From: Octopus vulgaris
Lineage: Eukaryota
DNA: 64,000 nt
Direction: 5' to 3'
Assembly (NCBI GenBank): GCA_951406725.2
Contig: OX597822.1
Location: forward strand, 93,186,001 to 93,250,000
Below, piece by piece: positions 49,651-62,984 of the stretch. The translations under genes were made by a program, and so were the position numbers. Below the pieces are notes generated by a model that made no database searches, was not told where the DNA came from, and saw nothing but the letters and a program-made list of their open reading frames with translations. Each line of letters begins with the position of its first letter. The first letter of the stretch is position 1.

Positions 49651-52312
49651 CATAGTTAAAGTGATTGTAAACCAGTTGCAATATCGCCCACCTATCGGCC
49701 AAAATATGCTCCATCGCCCACCTGTTTAAAAAAACCCATGACACAACCCTCTCTAACACTAAATCCCCTCGGAGAACCCCCCTTGTATCATTTGACACAC
49801 AAACTATATCGTAGTGGCGTTCGGACTAAATATGCGGTTTTGCCATAAATGTGAATAAAATTCTAATGTTAACTCTATATTATGCAGGCAGATTAACTTT
49901 GGTAAACTTGCGCTTTCTTTTACACGGATTTTTATTTTCCCCAAATGAACTATTGATCAGAACTACTGATGCAAAAATAATTATGATTGTATTATAAAGG
50001 AAAAGAACAAAACTTTTTAATGAGAACCATGTGTTTGGTGCGATGCAGCTAGTGCAGATACATTTGATTTCAAACTTGTCAACTTTAGCCGCAAGTCTTC
50101 TTGTTGTGTCACATCCAGTCCAATTCTTTTATGGGAAAGTAAAGTTCCAACATGGTTAAAACCAGATTCAACCAGGTATCAGGTAGGGAAGGCAAGCAAA
50201 AGTAATTTCAGATGTTTCCACAGATTGGGGTAGGAATTCAATATACTTTGATGCTACCACAAATCTTCATTGCCATTACGGTAATATCGCATTGTGGCAT
50301 CATTGCCATTTTGTAATTCTATCAATTCCTCATGAGCATCGTCCCCTCAATCAACTGCATCGACCCCAAACGGATTGCCATGCCAATTTGGAATATTCAG
50401 CACAATAACATCTTGAAATTGCTCCACCAAGCCATCATGCAATGATTGTAAATATTTGCAATATGTAGTTAAATCCTCATCAACCAATTCATCTTTCAAA
50501 GAATCAAGTTGTGGAAACTGATGGAATCGACATTTTCAAATGTTAATCTTATACAACACCAATTTCAAAATGAAGATAGATGATTTACAATCAGCAAGAG
50601 TTCTTTCTGGTTCCTTGCAATAACTTATTCAAATCATTTAGTTTCGTGGCTATATCNNNNNNNNNNNNNNNNNNNNNNNNNNNNNNNNNNNNNNNNNNNN
50701 NNNNNNNNNNNNNNNNNNNNNNNNNNNNNNNNNNNNNNNNNNNNNNNNNNNNNNNNTCGTGGCTATATCACAAAGAAAAAAGATATCACACCTTGCAACC
50801 ATCAATGAAGCGGATATTGGAGTATCTTCAAAGAAAGATATGATTATATGAAACAGTTCAACAAAGCGTAAAACAGTTTCCTTTTGACAGCCACTGCACT
50901 TCGGTATGGTATGAGTTTAGTATAGTCTTCATCATTTCTCAGACAGAGTTGACGGAAAATTCGATAAGACAAGGGACTGGTTTTCAATTTGTTCACAGTC
51001 TAACTGTAGTGCATCATTCAATCTATCGTTCATATTTTTTTTGCCACTAAATGTTGCCGGTGTGCCAAGCAATGAACAGTTAGTACCTGGTGGGAAATTT
51101 CATGCTTTAAGAGAGATGAAAAACCTCTGTATCTTCCTATCACCGAAGGGGCTCCATCAGACGCACAGGCAAGAGTTGGATACTACGTTCAAAAGGAAAG
51201 ACTTGAGAATGTGAAAAATTGTTACATCTTTTGAATCAAGCGGCAATTTCTCTGTGAACAGTATTTCCTTACAAGGTTGAAGGTCTTCGCTGAAATACGG
51301 AACACATACCATCATCAAACATTGATTGTCCACAACAGTCGACTCATCCACTTGTATAGAATATTCAGAATGCTGGAGAATATTAATGAGCTGATGTTTG
51401 ACATCGTTGGCCATTTCATCGATGCGTCGAGAAATTGTGTTATTACTAAGTGGGATCTTTATAATGTTATCGGGTTTTTACGTGCATAACGGTTGACAAA
51501 ACCTCTTCGATAACCGGGCGAATTAATGTTTCTCCAATTGTGTGAGACTTCCCAGACTTAGGAATAAGTAATGCAATGTTGTACGATGCAATCAACCCAT
51601 CATTCTCCTGTTTATTAGTTTTCTGGAGTAGCATGTTGAATGTTTGTGTTTGCTTTTTGAAAGAGGCGCTCTGTTACAAAAAAAGTTAAAGAGGTTTAAA
51701 GTTTGATCATTTTCATCCAGTCAAGAAATATGATTTCAAAGCTGTCATTTGGTGCGTGACTGCACATTTTGTCAACATCCTGAAAATAGCACCTGTGTTT
51801 TGATATGAAACCGTAGAATTATACACGGCATATAACCTCCTCATAACTTATATTGTTTTTCGCAGTTTTCAGAAAATTTTTGCGAAATTGTATTCTACAT
51901 GCGGAAATTCATAGGATTATGCGAAAAAAAAAATAGGGAGAAAAATTGTGGTGAAGCTTAATTTAGGGCTTAGGCCTACTTCGCTGCTATTTTTAGCACA
52001 TATGACAACCATTTCAATGAGTGTGCAACAAAAATATTCGATCGATAAACAAGTCCGCTTTTTTTTTTTTTTATACAAAGGGACGTCTCATGCGAGTGGT
52101 CAAATCGATAAAAGTGCATCCGTATTCTAATCTTGCCTAGATATAGATAAATCCAGACTTGATTTCTGAAAATTCTTTGTCACCCACAAAATGTTCACAT
52201 CTCCCACCAAAATCTCAAATCACCCACTGTTTTCTAGAAATTTTCCCAATCACCCACCTGTAAGTTGAAGTTGCCCACCGGTGGGCGATATCGCCCACTT
52301 TGGGAAGCTATG
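49651..52312 (-). mobile_element. Decayed hAT (Charlie/Buster-like) transposon
   Basis: SIQVDEST, DGAPS, HCLAHRQHL and QWLS motifs on the minus strand. Subterminal CGCCCAC/CACCCAC repeats at both ends. Right end reads CATAGCTTCCCAAAG (reverse complement); the left TIR is degenerate. Confidence 0.8.
50657..50756. other. Assembly gap (100 N)
   Basis: Direct reading. Confidence 0.99.
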
Positions 52313-52561
52313 CTTTAAACTATTAACTGATAAAGTAAAACCCATGATACAGAGGTCCTTATAAAGACACGGTGTTTAAGCATCCAGTCACTCAGATGTG
52401 TTGGACAGATCATGTTATGTGTATAAAAGATTACTGGAACCTATGTATGTATGTATGAATGTATGTATGTATGTATGTATGTATGTATGTATGTATGTAT
52501 GTATGTATGTATGTATGTATGTATGTATGTATGTATCTGTCTGTCTGTCTATATCTCTATT

Positions 52562-52642
<81 letters not shown>

Positions 52643-52849
52643 GTCTGTCTGTCTGTCTGTCTGTCTGCCTGCCTGTCTGTCTGCATGTCTGTCTGCCTGT
52701 CCGTCTGTCTGTCTGTCTGTCTGTCTGCCTGTCTGCCTGCCTGCCTTCCTGTCTGCCTGTATCTCTGTCTGTTTGTTTGTCTATCTATCTATCTGTCTGT
52801 CTATATGCACATTTACACACACACACACACACACATGTGCGCGCGTGCT

Positions 52850-52881
<32 letters not shown>

Positions 52882-52977
52882 GTTGTCCAATAAAATTTCA
52901 TGAGATATATCTATGTATTTTCATACGTACACGCATAAATGCATTCATGCACACATTCATTTACGCAGAGGGGGGAG

Positions 52978-53062
<85 letters not shown>

Positions 53063-53465
53063 GTAGGGAGAATGATAATAAATCTAGAGAATAAATAGAG
53101 ATAATAAATAAAGATAAGAAGAAGAAGAAGAAGAAGAAGAAGAAACAGCTGACTTTGAAGAATCGGAAAGATTCCAAACATTTTACCTCCACTCTTCGCC
53201 AAATGTCTACAGTATCCAGCTGGAGTGAACTGACGTAGACAACACTGGTTCTATAAATGCCAACATTGGTAACGTGGTCATTGAACCGATATTGAATCAA
53301 CAAACATCGCCACTGATAAACCTGCATTCCTCAAGTTTTTATTTTTTGTGGTAAATTCTGAAATTCTGATAGCAGCAAAGTATTACAAGAACAAAAAAAA
53401 AAGAAAAAATTCTTAAAGACCAACACATTGTGCAAAATGCATAGTCATACACAAAGGTGGGTTAG

Positions 53466-53534
<69 letters not shown>

Positions 53535-53538
<4 letters not shown>

Positions 53539-53974
53539 TAAGCAATAAAGGGTTTGGCAACGAATTGCCTTACCACATACCGAATTTAGAAATAGCAGTC
53601 AAAGAGTTATAGCTATTTCTTCTACTAAAAGGAGATCTCAGTAAAAACAGCAATTGGAAGGCAGACACAAACAGGTAAGAGGGAATGAATTGACGGCAAT
53701 CTATCATACAATTTTAAGTTATCTACGGACGTACGTTTCGAAATCAAGTTTTTAGGAAAGCATAAGAATTAAATATTAAATAATTCTATCTTACCAAGAA
53801 CTTCTTTTCTCTTCAGCGTAGAATACTATAATCATAAATGATTATATATTGAATTTTGAGATACTAGAAGGCATCAACTCAACTCAGTATCAGAGCGAGC
53901 TAGAATCCGCAACTAGCATCACCAAATTCAATGTGTGAATGAAAAGATTGTGTCACCAGCCCCTTCCCACCCGC

Positions 53975-54016
<42 letters not shown>

Positions 54017-54093
54017 CAAGTAGTCTTCGGCATGTAAAAGCCTCATTCGAGGAAAATTTAAGTAATACTAAGCAATAAAGGGTTTGGCAACGA
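53535..54093 (-). mobile_element. 530-bp non-coding, hammerhead-bearing unit with 29-nt terminal direct repeat (Penelope pLTR/retrozyme-like)
   Basis: ATACTAAGCAATAAAGGGTTTGGCAACGA at 53535-53563 and 54065-54093. Embedded in (TA)n. Confidence 0.75.
53722..53822 (-). ncRNA. Type I hammerhead ribozyme with extended stem II
   Basis: Minus strand TCTACG-CTGAAGA-GAAA...TTTC-GAAAC-GTAC-GTC-CGTAGA. Perfect 6-bp stem I, intact core, palindromic stem III, GUC site. Confidence 0.88.
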
Positions 54094-54099
54094 TGTATG

Positions 54100-54179
<80 letters not shown>

Positions 54180-54229
54180 CATACATACATATATATATAT
54201 ATGTATGTATATATATATATATATGTATG

Positions 54230-54318
<89 letters not shown>

Positions 54319-54386
54319 GTAATATATATATATATATATATGTATGTGTATATATATATATGTATGTATATATATATATATATATG

Positions 54387-54429
<43 letters not shown>

Positions 54430-54490
54430 ACATATATATATGTATGTGTGTGTGTGTACACACGTACATGTATGTGTGTGTGTGCGTGTG
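54094..54490. repeat. (TA)n/(TG)n microsatellite
   Basis: Direct reading. Confidence 0.95.
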
Positions 54491-54756
54491 TACGAACCAG
54501 TGGTAAGGATGTTACACTAACAATCGCAAGATGGTAGTTTCGATTTCCAGACCGGGTGTTGCGGTGTGTTCTTCATTTCCCGTTGCCCCAGTCCACTCAG
54601 CTGTAAATGGGTATCCTTCCCACAGACTGGAGTCCCATTTAGAGAGAATTCAGAGAAATGCGAGGTGGAATCATTTGAAGGCTATAAGAATGCTAGGAAT
54701 TGCATTGTAATCAGCGGGGTACAACCATATTCTACAGTCTGTTCTGGTCGATACCA

Positions 54757-54884
<128 letters not shown>

Positions 54885-55579
54885 GTGTATGTATGTGTTT
54901 GAATTTATGTATATATTATAGAATGGGCATAAATATTAATAAATTATTAATTTACAATAATGTAATATATTATTTAGAATTTGGGTATATATATTTATGT
55001 ATGTATATATGTATATATGTGCATATGTGCATATGTATGTGTGTATATGTATGGATTTGCATCTATATGTGTATATATGTGTATATTTATGTATATATAT
55101 ACATTTTTATTTTTGCAGTTTTATTGTTCGTCTATGCCAGAAAAAAGGCTTTTTCGTTCGTCCTCTTGTGTGTTTGTTTTTGTACATGTATTTTAATTTT
55201 GCAGTCTTATTGTTACGTCTTGTTTGTGTTCGTACTCATTTTGCCCCGCTGCTTGGAATTTTATTTTAATTCTCTCGCAGGAAGGCCTATTGGATTAGTG
55301 TTCTGTTATGCCTTCGAAACATGCCTGACTCCTCTAGCGACAGCTGATGACGGGGGTTTTGTCCTTGTGTAGCTCGTCCTTTATTTGTTTTTCGTTTTCT
55401 TGTTTTTCGTTTTCCGTTTTCTTGTTTTTTGTTTTTTGGTTTTTTCCGTTTCTACGTCTTATTGTGATGTCCTGTACTCCCGTATAATTATTTATATATG
55501 CATGTATATATACATGTAGATGTAGGTACGTACATATATGTTTGTATGTATGCATATATATTTATATTTTTATTTATCT

Positions 55580-55630
<51 letters not shown>

Positions 55631-55758
55631 TCGAATTTGTGTCAATGTGTATAGAATATTGTATCAGTTGAATAAAGTTAAAACATGGCCTAGTTATCAG
55701 GTTTTTTTATTCTGGTATTTTAACATAAAAAAAAATATTTTATAATGCTCATAAAGTT

Positions 55759-55796
55759 AAATTAGCGCTTTCATACATAATGTAATCATCAGATTT
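55759..55796 (-). ncRNA. Minimal type I hammerhead ribozyme motif
   Basis: Minus strand AAAT-CTGATGA-TTACATTATGTAT-GAAA-GCG-CTA-ATTT. Stem I AAAT/ATTT, stem II TACA/TGTA, palindromic AGCGCT stem III. Confidence 0.72.
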
Positions 55797-55799
55797 CAA

Positions 55800-55912
55800 A
55801 TGTTTAAAAGACATGTAGAGGACACATGGAAAAGATACCTCGATGATTGTTTCCTAATTTGGACCAAATACCTAGAAAATCTGGAAGAATTCAGCACCCT
55901 CTTCAATAATCA
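55800..55912 (+). mobile_element. Penelope-like element reverse transcriptase fragment
   Basis: WKRYLDDCFLIWTKYLENLEEFSTLFNN from 55827 fits the PLE W-x-R-Y-x-D-D-x-F-x-I-W motif. Confidence 0.75.
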
Positions 55913-55914
55913 AA

Positions 55915-57475
55915 ACTAATATAAACAAAGTTCTTTTTCAATCTAAAATATACTCTCCTTCATTTTCTACAATGCTCTTTCATCTATCTCAGTGCTTTTC
56001 AACCTTTTTGCTGAAGCGGAACCCCAAGGAAACATTCTACTGGCTCGAGGAAGCCCTGTGCAATAATTTAATAATCTTATGCACAAATATCTGCACAGGA
56101 GAATTAAAAATTACTGCCGATTTTAGCAGTTTTGTAACTTCTTGCGGAACCCGTGGACTGTACTGGCGGAGCCCTAAGGTTCCGCGGAACCCTGGTTGAA
56201 AACCACTGATCTATCTGGAAAACTTGCAAGTCCCCCCTCTTCAAAAATTCACCAGTGCGTGACGAAAAATACTCCTCCAGTACTGTTCTGACCTTGTCTA
56301 CAGAATACATTTTTTTTCGTTCAAATAATTTTGAAGACTGTGGAATAAATGATAATCAGATAGGGCAATGTCCGGCGAATATGGTGGGTGGGGCATCGTG
56401 TTCCACTCAAACTGATCCAGCTTTTGGAATGTCATCCTCTCTGTATGTGGCAGATTATTATCTTGATGGAAGAACACTTTTCGTCTTGAAACCAAAGATG
56501 GACGTTTCTCTTCTGGCGCTGACTTGATGACTGGTTGAATGATCCAAGCTTCTCACCATGTATGTATGTATGTATGTATGTATGTATGTATGTATGTATG
56601 TATGTATGTATGTATGTATGTATGTGTATTTATGTATGTATGTGTGTGTGTGTATGTATGTATGTATGTATGTATGTATGTATGTATGCATGTATGTATG
56701 CATGCATGTATGTATGTATGTATGTATGTATGTATGTATGTATGCATGCATGTATGTATGTATATATGTATGTATGTATGTAAGTATGTATGTATGTATG
56801 AATGTGTGTATGAGTGTGTATGTATGTATGTATGTATGTATGCATGTATGTATGCATGCATGTATGTATGCATGCATGTATGTATGCATGTATGTATGTA
56901 TGTATGTATGTATGTATGTATGTATGTATGTATGTGTATGTATGTATGTATGTATGTATGTATGCATGTATGTATGTATGCATGTATGTATGCATATGTA
57001 TGTGTATGTATGTATGTGTATGTACGTATGTATGTATGTATGTATGTATGTTTATCATATCAATAGTTACGATGGGATTTTGTTCCACCAGGGTTTGCAG
57101 GACATCTTCCTCGAGCTCGTCTTCTAGGCTGTAGTTTCCGGCTCGAAATTTCTAGAACCGCCGTTGACACTCGGTTACGCCTATCGTCTGATCCCCGTGT
57201 ACTACATTAATATTCCTCGCACTTTCCGTTGCGTTGTTGCCTTTATTGAACTCATAAAGCAAAATATACCGAATATACGCCTTTGTCACTTCCATTATAA
57301 CTTTAAAAAAATAACTGTTAAAATCGAACTGCACTCTTCAAAACTTGCACTAAGAATAAAGACAAGGTAAAATTACTTCCTGCTTTTATAGCAAGTTGAT
57401 GCAAGTATTTTATCCCCACCCCTCCGACTTTTAGTTCATACAATTGAAAAAACCGCATTATTTATGGGATGACAC

Positions 57476-57477
<2 letters not shown>
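55915..57477 (-). mobile_element. Decayed mariner interrupted by (ATGT)n and a hAT MITE
   Basis: MEVTKAYIRYILLYEFNKG, HQDN..PH, HPPYSPDIALSDYHLF and VENEGEYILD*. One putative TIR near 57452-57477. Confidence 0.85.
55990..56208. mobile_element. hAT-type MITE
   Basis: TIRs CAGTG(C/G)TTTTCAACC. 8-bp TSD ATCTATCT at 55982-55989 and 56209-56216. Confidence 0.9.
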
Positions 57478-57520
<43 letters not shown>

Positions 57521-58239
57521 GTGTATGCATGCATGTATGTATGTATGTATGTATGTATGTTTGTATGTATGTATGTATGTATGTATGTATGTATGTATGT
57601 ATGTATGTTTGTATGTATGTATGTATGTATGTGTGTGTGTGTGTGTGTTTGTCTGTATGTATGCATGTATGTATGTATGTATGTATGTATGCATGTAAGT
57701 ATGTATGTATGTATGTATGTATGTGTGTGTATGTATGTATGTATGTATGTATGTATGTGTGTGTGTGTGTGCGTGTGTATGTTTGTATGTATGTATATAT
57801 GTATGTATGTATGTGTGTGTGTTTGTATGTATGTATATATGTGTGTATGTATGTATGCTTGTATGTATGTATGTATGTATGTATGTGTGTGTGTGTAATT
57901 GAATTCATGTACATGTTACTTAATGGATTATTGATCTACATTACTTAATTAAGGAATATAAATAAATCAATAGATACATAATGTTGTGGTAAATCTCTAA
58001 CTTCATGCATAATGATGTGAACGCAGTTTTTCTTGTGATGTTTAGCCATCTTCATCATGTGATCCATATTTTGAAAAAATATTTTATTGGGACTCACTGG
58101 TTAGTATATTAATAGGGATATTTATAATAATTCAGTGTTTTACTAACTAAATTTAGTATCATATTATATATAATATAATTGTCTAATATAAGATTAACAT
58201 ATACAAATACTCTAATATATTTATCTTAAGTATATAACT

Positions 58240-58850
58240 ATTTTCAGTCATTTTGGCTGCGGCTATACAGGAGCACCGCCTTCAGTTGGAGAAATCGACC
58301 CCGGGACTTGTTCTTTGCAAGCCTAGTAATTATTTTATCGGACACTTATGCCGAACCGCTGAGTTACGGGGACGTAAACACACCAACACCGGTTGTCAAG
58401 CGATGGTGAGGGACAAACACAGACACACAAATACACACACACAAACACACTCATATATATTAACGACAGGTTTCATTCAGTTTCCATCTACCAAATCCAT
58501 TAACAAGGCTTTTGCCGGCCCGTGCCTATAATAGGAGACACATCCCCAAGGTGCCATACACTGGGACTGAACCCAGAACCATGTGGTTGGTAAGCATGTT
58601 TCTTACCACACAGCCACTCATGCGCCTATATGTGTGTGTGTATGTGTGTGTGTATGTGTGTGTGTGTGTATGTGTGTGTGTGTGTATGTGTGTCTATATC
58701 TGTATCTGTGTGTGGTAAGAAGTTTGTTTCCCAACCACATGGCTCCTGGTTCAGTCCCACTGCGTGGCACTTTGGCCAGGTATCTTCTGCTATAACTCAG
58801 ACCGACGAAAGCCTTGCGAGTGTTGACAGAAGCTGAAAGAAGCTAGTCGT
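58240..58850. mobile_element. Head-to-head pair of SINE family B copies separated by (TG)n
   Basis: Minus copy at about 58240-58628, plus copy at about 58706-58850. Confidence 0.8.
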
Positions 58851-60371
58851 GTATATATACACATACTACTAAAACTCTGTGATTGTTGGCTCACTTGCAT
58901 GCTTGTTTGCTTGCGTGCTTACTTGCGTACGTGTGTGCTGGTCTGTAATTTAATACAGCCAAACCGGCACATAATTGGAAAATACTCTGAAAGTAAGGTA
59001 CCCTTGAAACAAACTTCGCGTAAATCGGACCACAGATTCTTGAGATACGAGGTTTTTTTGGGGTACCTTCATAAATAGCCAAAAACGGCGCATAATGGAG
59101 AAAATACTCCGAAAGTGACATAATCCTAAAAATACAAATTGTTTGTACAGTGAGTATTTATATTTCAGTTTTCTTTAAACAGACAATATTCTAATTATTA
59201 AAAAGTATTTTTAAGTGAATGTGATTAGAAAAATACGAGTTGTTTGTAGAGTAAATATTTATATTTAGCTTTCTTTAAACACAAAATTTTTTATTATTTA
59301 GAAATATTTTCAAGTGATGATTAAAAAAATATTTTTGAGGTAATAGGAATTATTTCTAAGGTGAATACGATTTTCTATTCTTAGATCATGCCGTAAGATC
59401 TGTTCGTCTGTTTGGTAAGACGGATGGCGTTGGTTATTATCATAAATATGGTAAATGATGTATTTAAATATGTTTTTTCATTAAGGTTCCAGGACTTATT
59501 TTTTTAAAGCCTCGTACTTATTTTATCGGTGCCTTTAGCCGAACTGCTATATTGCGGGGACGTAAACAAACCATCGTCGGTTGTCAAGCGGTGGTGGGAA
59601 CAAACAGAGACACAAACACACATACACGTACACACACACCACGCACACACACACACACATACAATCGGCGTGGAGAGAGGAGATTGGTATGCATGGACAA
59701 CTGCTGGTCTTCCACTCACAGTCTTTGGTCGTCGGTAGAAGTACATACATACATACATACATACATACATACATACATACATACATACATACATACATAC
59801 ACACACATACATACATACATACATACATACATACATACATACATACATACATACATACATACATACATACATACATAAATAGACAGGGTGAGAGAAAAGT
59901 ATTTTATGATATATTTGGTAATTCAATGAAACAAATGTAGTCTAGCCAATAAAATAAAATAATATAGACAAAAAAAAAAACGTAGTTTAATAAAAAAAAA
60001 TTGCGTCCGCTATTTCGATAAGCTTTATTAGAAGATTAATCTATGAATCCACCTTCAGCTTCGATGACTGCTTTAATACAAGACCAGAATTGCAGTATCC
60101 TGATAGTGTTCGAACATTTAGTATTTTCTTTTTTTGGTCTTTGATAGTGTTGAAATATTCCCGATGAAAAGATGTTGTAACATTAAGAAAATTGACAGTT
60201 ACAAAATGATTGTCTCAGCCACAATGACTGTATGTCTCTCAATTTCTTGTGTTAGCATTTTAATTGTCATAGGCAACCTGTGAAAAATTAGAATCTTTTA
60301 ATTGGTTTGAAGAGAAATAATTATCATTAATATATTTAGTGTTCTCCAATACCCTTCGCATCCCATATATA

Positions 60372-61360
60372 CAGAGTGTGTAAGATATTTGAGGACAGAT
60401 TTATGTTAATAAAAAAACAGACATATACTAACAGATAATAACTTTATTTATCAAAAATGCTATGAGGATATAAATAAACCTTCTTTTCAATAATGTTATT
60501 CAATAAAACCACTTTCAGCTTCAACTACTGCTTCTATATGAGATCTAAATCATCTACATGCTCGAATCAAATGATCCTGGTTTATTTTGGACATTACTCT
60601 GACTATGGCAGCTTTCAAAGAATCTTTGGTGTTATGAACGTGTTCATTGGCCTTTCTCTCTCAACAACGCCCCTCTTGTAATAGTTCAATGGATTGAGAC
60701 TTGAAGAATTAGGAGGCCATATGTTAGGGTTTTCAGCCATCCATTCCTGTGTTACTAGAGCCATGTGTGCATGGATATGTGCCTGGCTCTGGTAGCACAG
60801 GAATGGATGGCTGGAAAATTTCATGATCAGATAACCCCTAACATTTGGTGCAGAGTCATACTGAAACACATATGGCTTTCCATTGCATGCACTGTCTATC
60901 CTGGGTTTAACAATTATTTCCAAGACCTCAAAGTAGGCGGCAGAGTTAACTCTAAGGCCTTAAAGAAAAGTAAGGAGGTATAATATGTCCTTCATTGCTG
61001 ACAACCCCTAAAACCATGAAAGACGCAGGAAATTTTGTGTGCTTAACACTTGGAACTTCAGAAGGGTCTGCACATACCATCTGTCATTTTTTCTGTTAAC
61101 TTTTTGATCTAGGTCGAAGATTTTCTCGTTTGAAAAAAACCAAATTAAATCTTCTTCTGCTGGATTTTTCAGTTTGTTTAAAAGTTTTTAAATCTGATGT
61201 AGGAATCTTCTTTTGCTTTTTCTGACGAATTGACCTTTCATTATCATAGAAGGCTGATGTCTTCGTGGACAACATTTCTGGCTGTTCCTTCTGACACATG
61301 GAGATCTTTTGTGATTGACCTCATGAACTTTCTGGGATTGTAATCAATGATCTGTTGAAC
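60372..61360 (-). mobile_element. Second DD37D/maT copy, 5'-truncated, with an internal inversion
   Basis: Homologous to about 37930-38861. TIR CAGAGTGTGTAAGATATTTGAGG after TA. Confidence 0.85.
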
Positions 61361-62029
61361 AACTACCTATTGTCTATCTTTATTCCCTTATTTCTCCGAA
61401 CTCCCTCTTTCTTCCTACTTGCTCTTCCCTGACCTTTTCTACTCTCTATCTTCACTTTGGTACCAAAAGACAATCCAATTTTTTATCACTCATAGTTTTT
61501 CTACTTGACCAGTGCATAGGTAATACATCATTGTTTAATGTCCATTTTACATGCTGGCATAGGTTGAATGGTTCGACTGGGGTCTGGGAAGCCAGGAGGC
61601 TGCACCAGGCTCCAGTCTGATCTGGCAGTGTTTCTACAGCTGGATGCCCTTCCTAACGCCAACCACTCTGAGAGTGTAGTGGGTGCTTTTTTTACGTGCC
61701 ACCGGCACAGGGGCCAATCTCCTACCTAGTGCTCATTTCAGATCCCTAGTTTATCTTTTCACTTTTCATTCTTTTCTTTCCTTCTAACTTCCTTCCCTCT
61801 ACCCCATCTCTCTATCCTTCTCCTGAGCCTTCTCATTGTACCTTTGGAACACAAGCACCACTATTTTCTTTTTTTTTTTTGCTAGTTTTTGTTACGTAGT
61901 GTCCCACATTTTGAAATACTTGCAATTTGTATTTTTACTGCTTATGTTAGCTCTGCTTGATATATTTCCAAAATTAAACATTTTAATATCCAAAATATAC
62001 TTCACATTATCACATATACTATGCATTAA

Positions 62030-62597
62030 TGCAAAAAATATTGTGTTTATTGGCTATCTTCAAAATGATCACACCATCAATGGAAAATTTCAATGCCAAC
62101 TTCCTAAGGTAGTTATGATAGGCTATCAAGACCAAACACCCAGAAAAAACTGATTAATGGGGTCTTGTTTCATTAGGACAATGCTTCAGCACACAAATCA
62201 TTGGTTTCAATGGCTGCTGTGTATGACTGGCTTTGAACTGGTTGATCATCCTCCCTATGTTAATGATTTGATTCCTTCTGGTTATCATCTGTTTCCCAAC
62301 ATAGAAAAACACTCTGCTGAGCACTACTGTCACTATGATGAGAACATCGTATCTGTTGTTGATACTCTTACTCTCTTTTACTTGTTTCAGTCATTTGACT
62401 GCGGCCATGCTGGAGCACCGCCTTTAGTCGAGCAAATCGACGTCGGGACTTATTCTTTGTAAGCCCAGTCTATCGGTCTCTTTTGCCGAACCGCTAAGTG
62501 TCGGGGACGTAAACACACCAGCATCGGTTGTCAAGCAATGCTAGGGGGACAAACACAGACACACAAACACATACACACACATACATACATACATATG

Positions 62598-62682
<85 letters not shown>

Positions 62683-62966
62683 GACAGGATTCTTTCAGTT
62701 TTCGTCTACCAAATCCACTCACAAGGCATTGGTCGGCCCGGGGCTATAGCAGAAGACACTTGCCCAAGATGCCACGCAGTGGACTGAACCCGGAACCATG
62801 TGGTTGATCAACAGAAAAGCTTCTTCACCAGTGCGATCCAAGCACTGCAACTACTTATGGAAGTGTGTGGACAGTAAGAGGAACTATGTTAGAAAATGAA
62901 CTTCATTTGGTCACATTCCATGAGAGTATCTTGCTCAGATTATGAACATTTCAGCTGACCCTCATA
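62030..62966 (+). mobile_element. Decayed mariner 3' half interrupted by SINE family B (about 62365-62808, minus)
   Basis: GFELVDHPPYVNDLIPSGYHLFPN motif. The SINE is homologous to 42255-42665. Confidence 0.7.
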
Positions 62967-62984
62967 ATAATAAAAATTATTATT

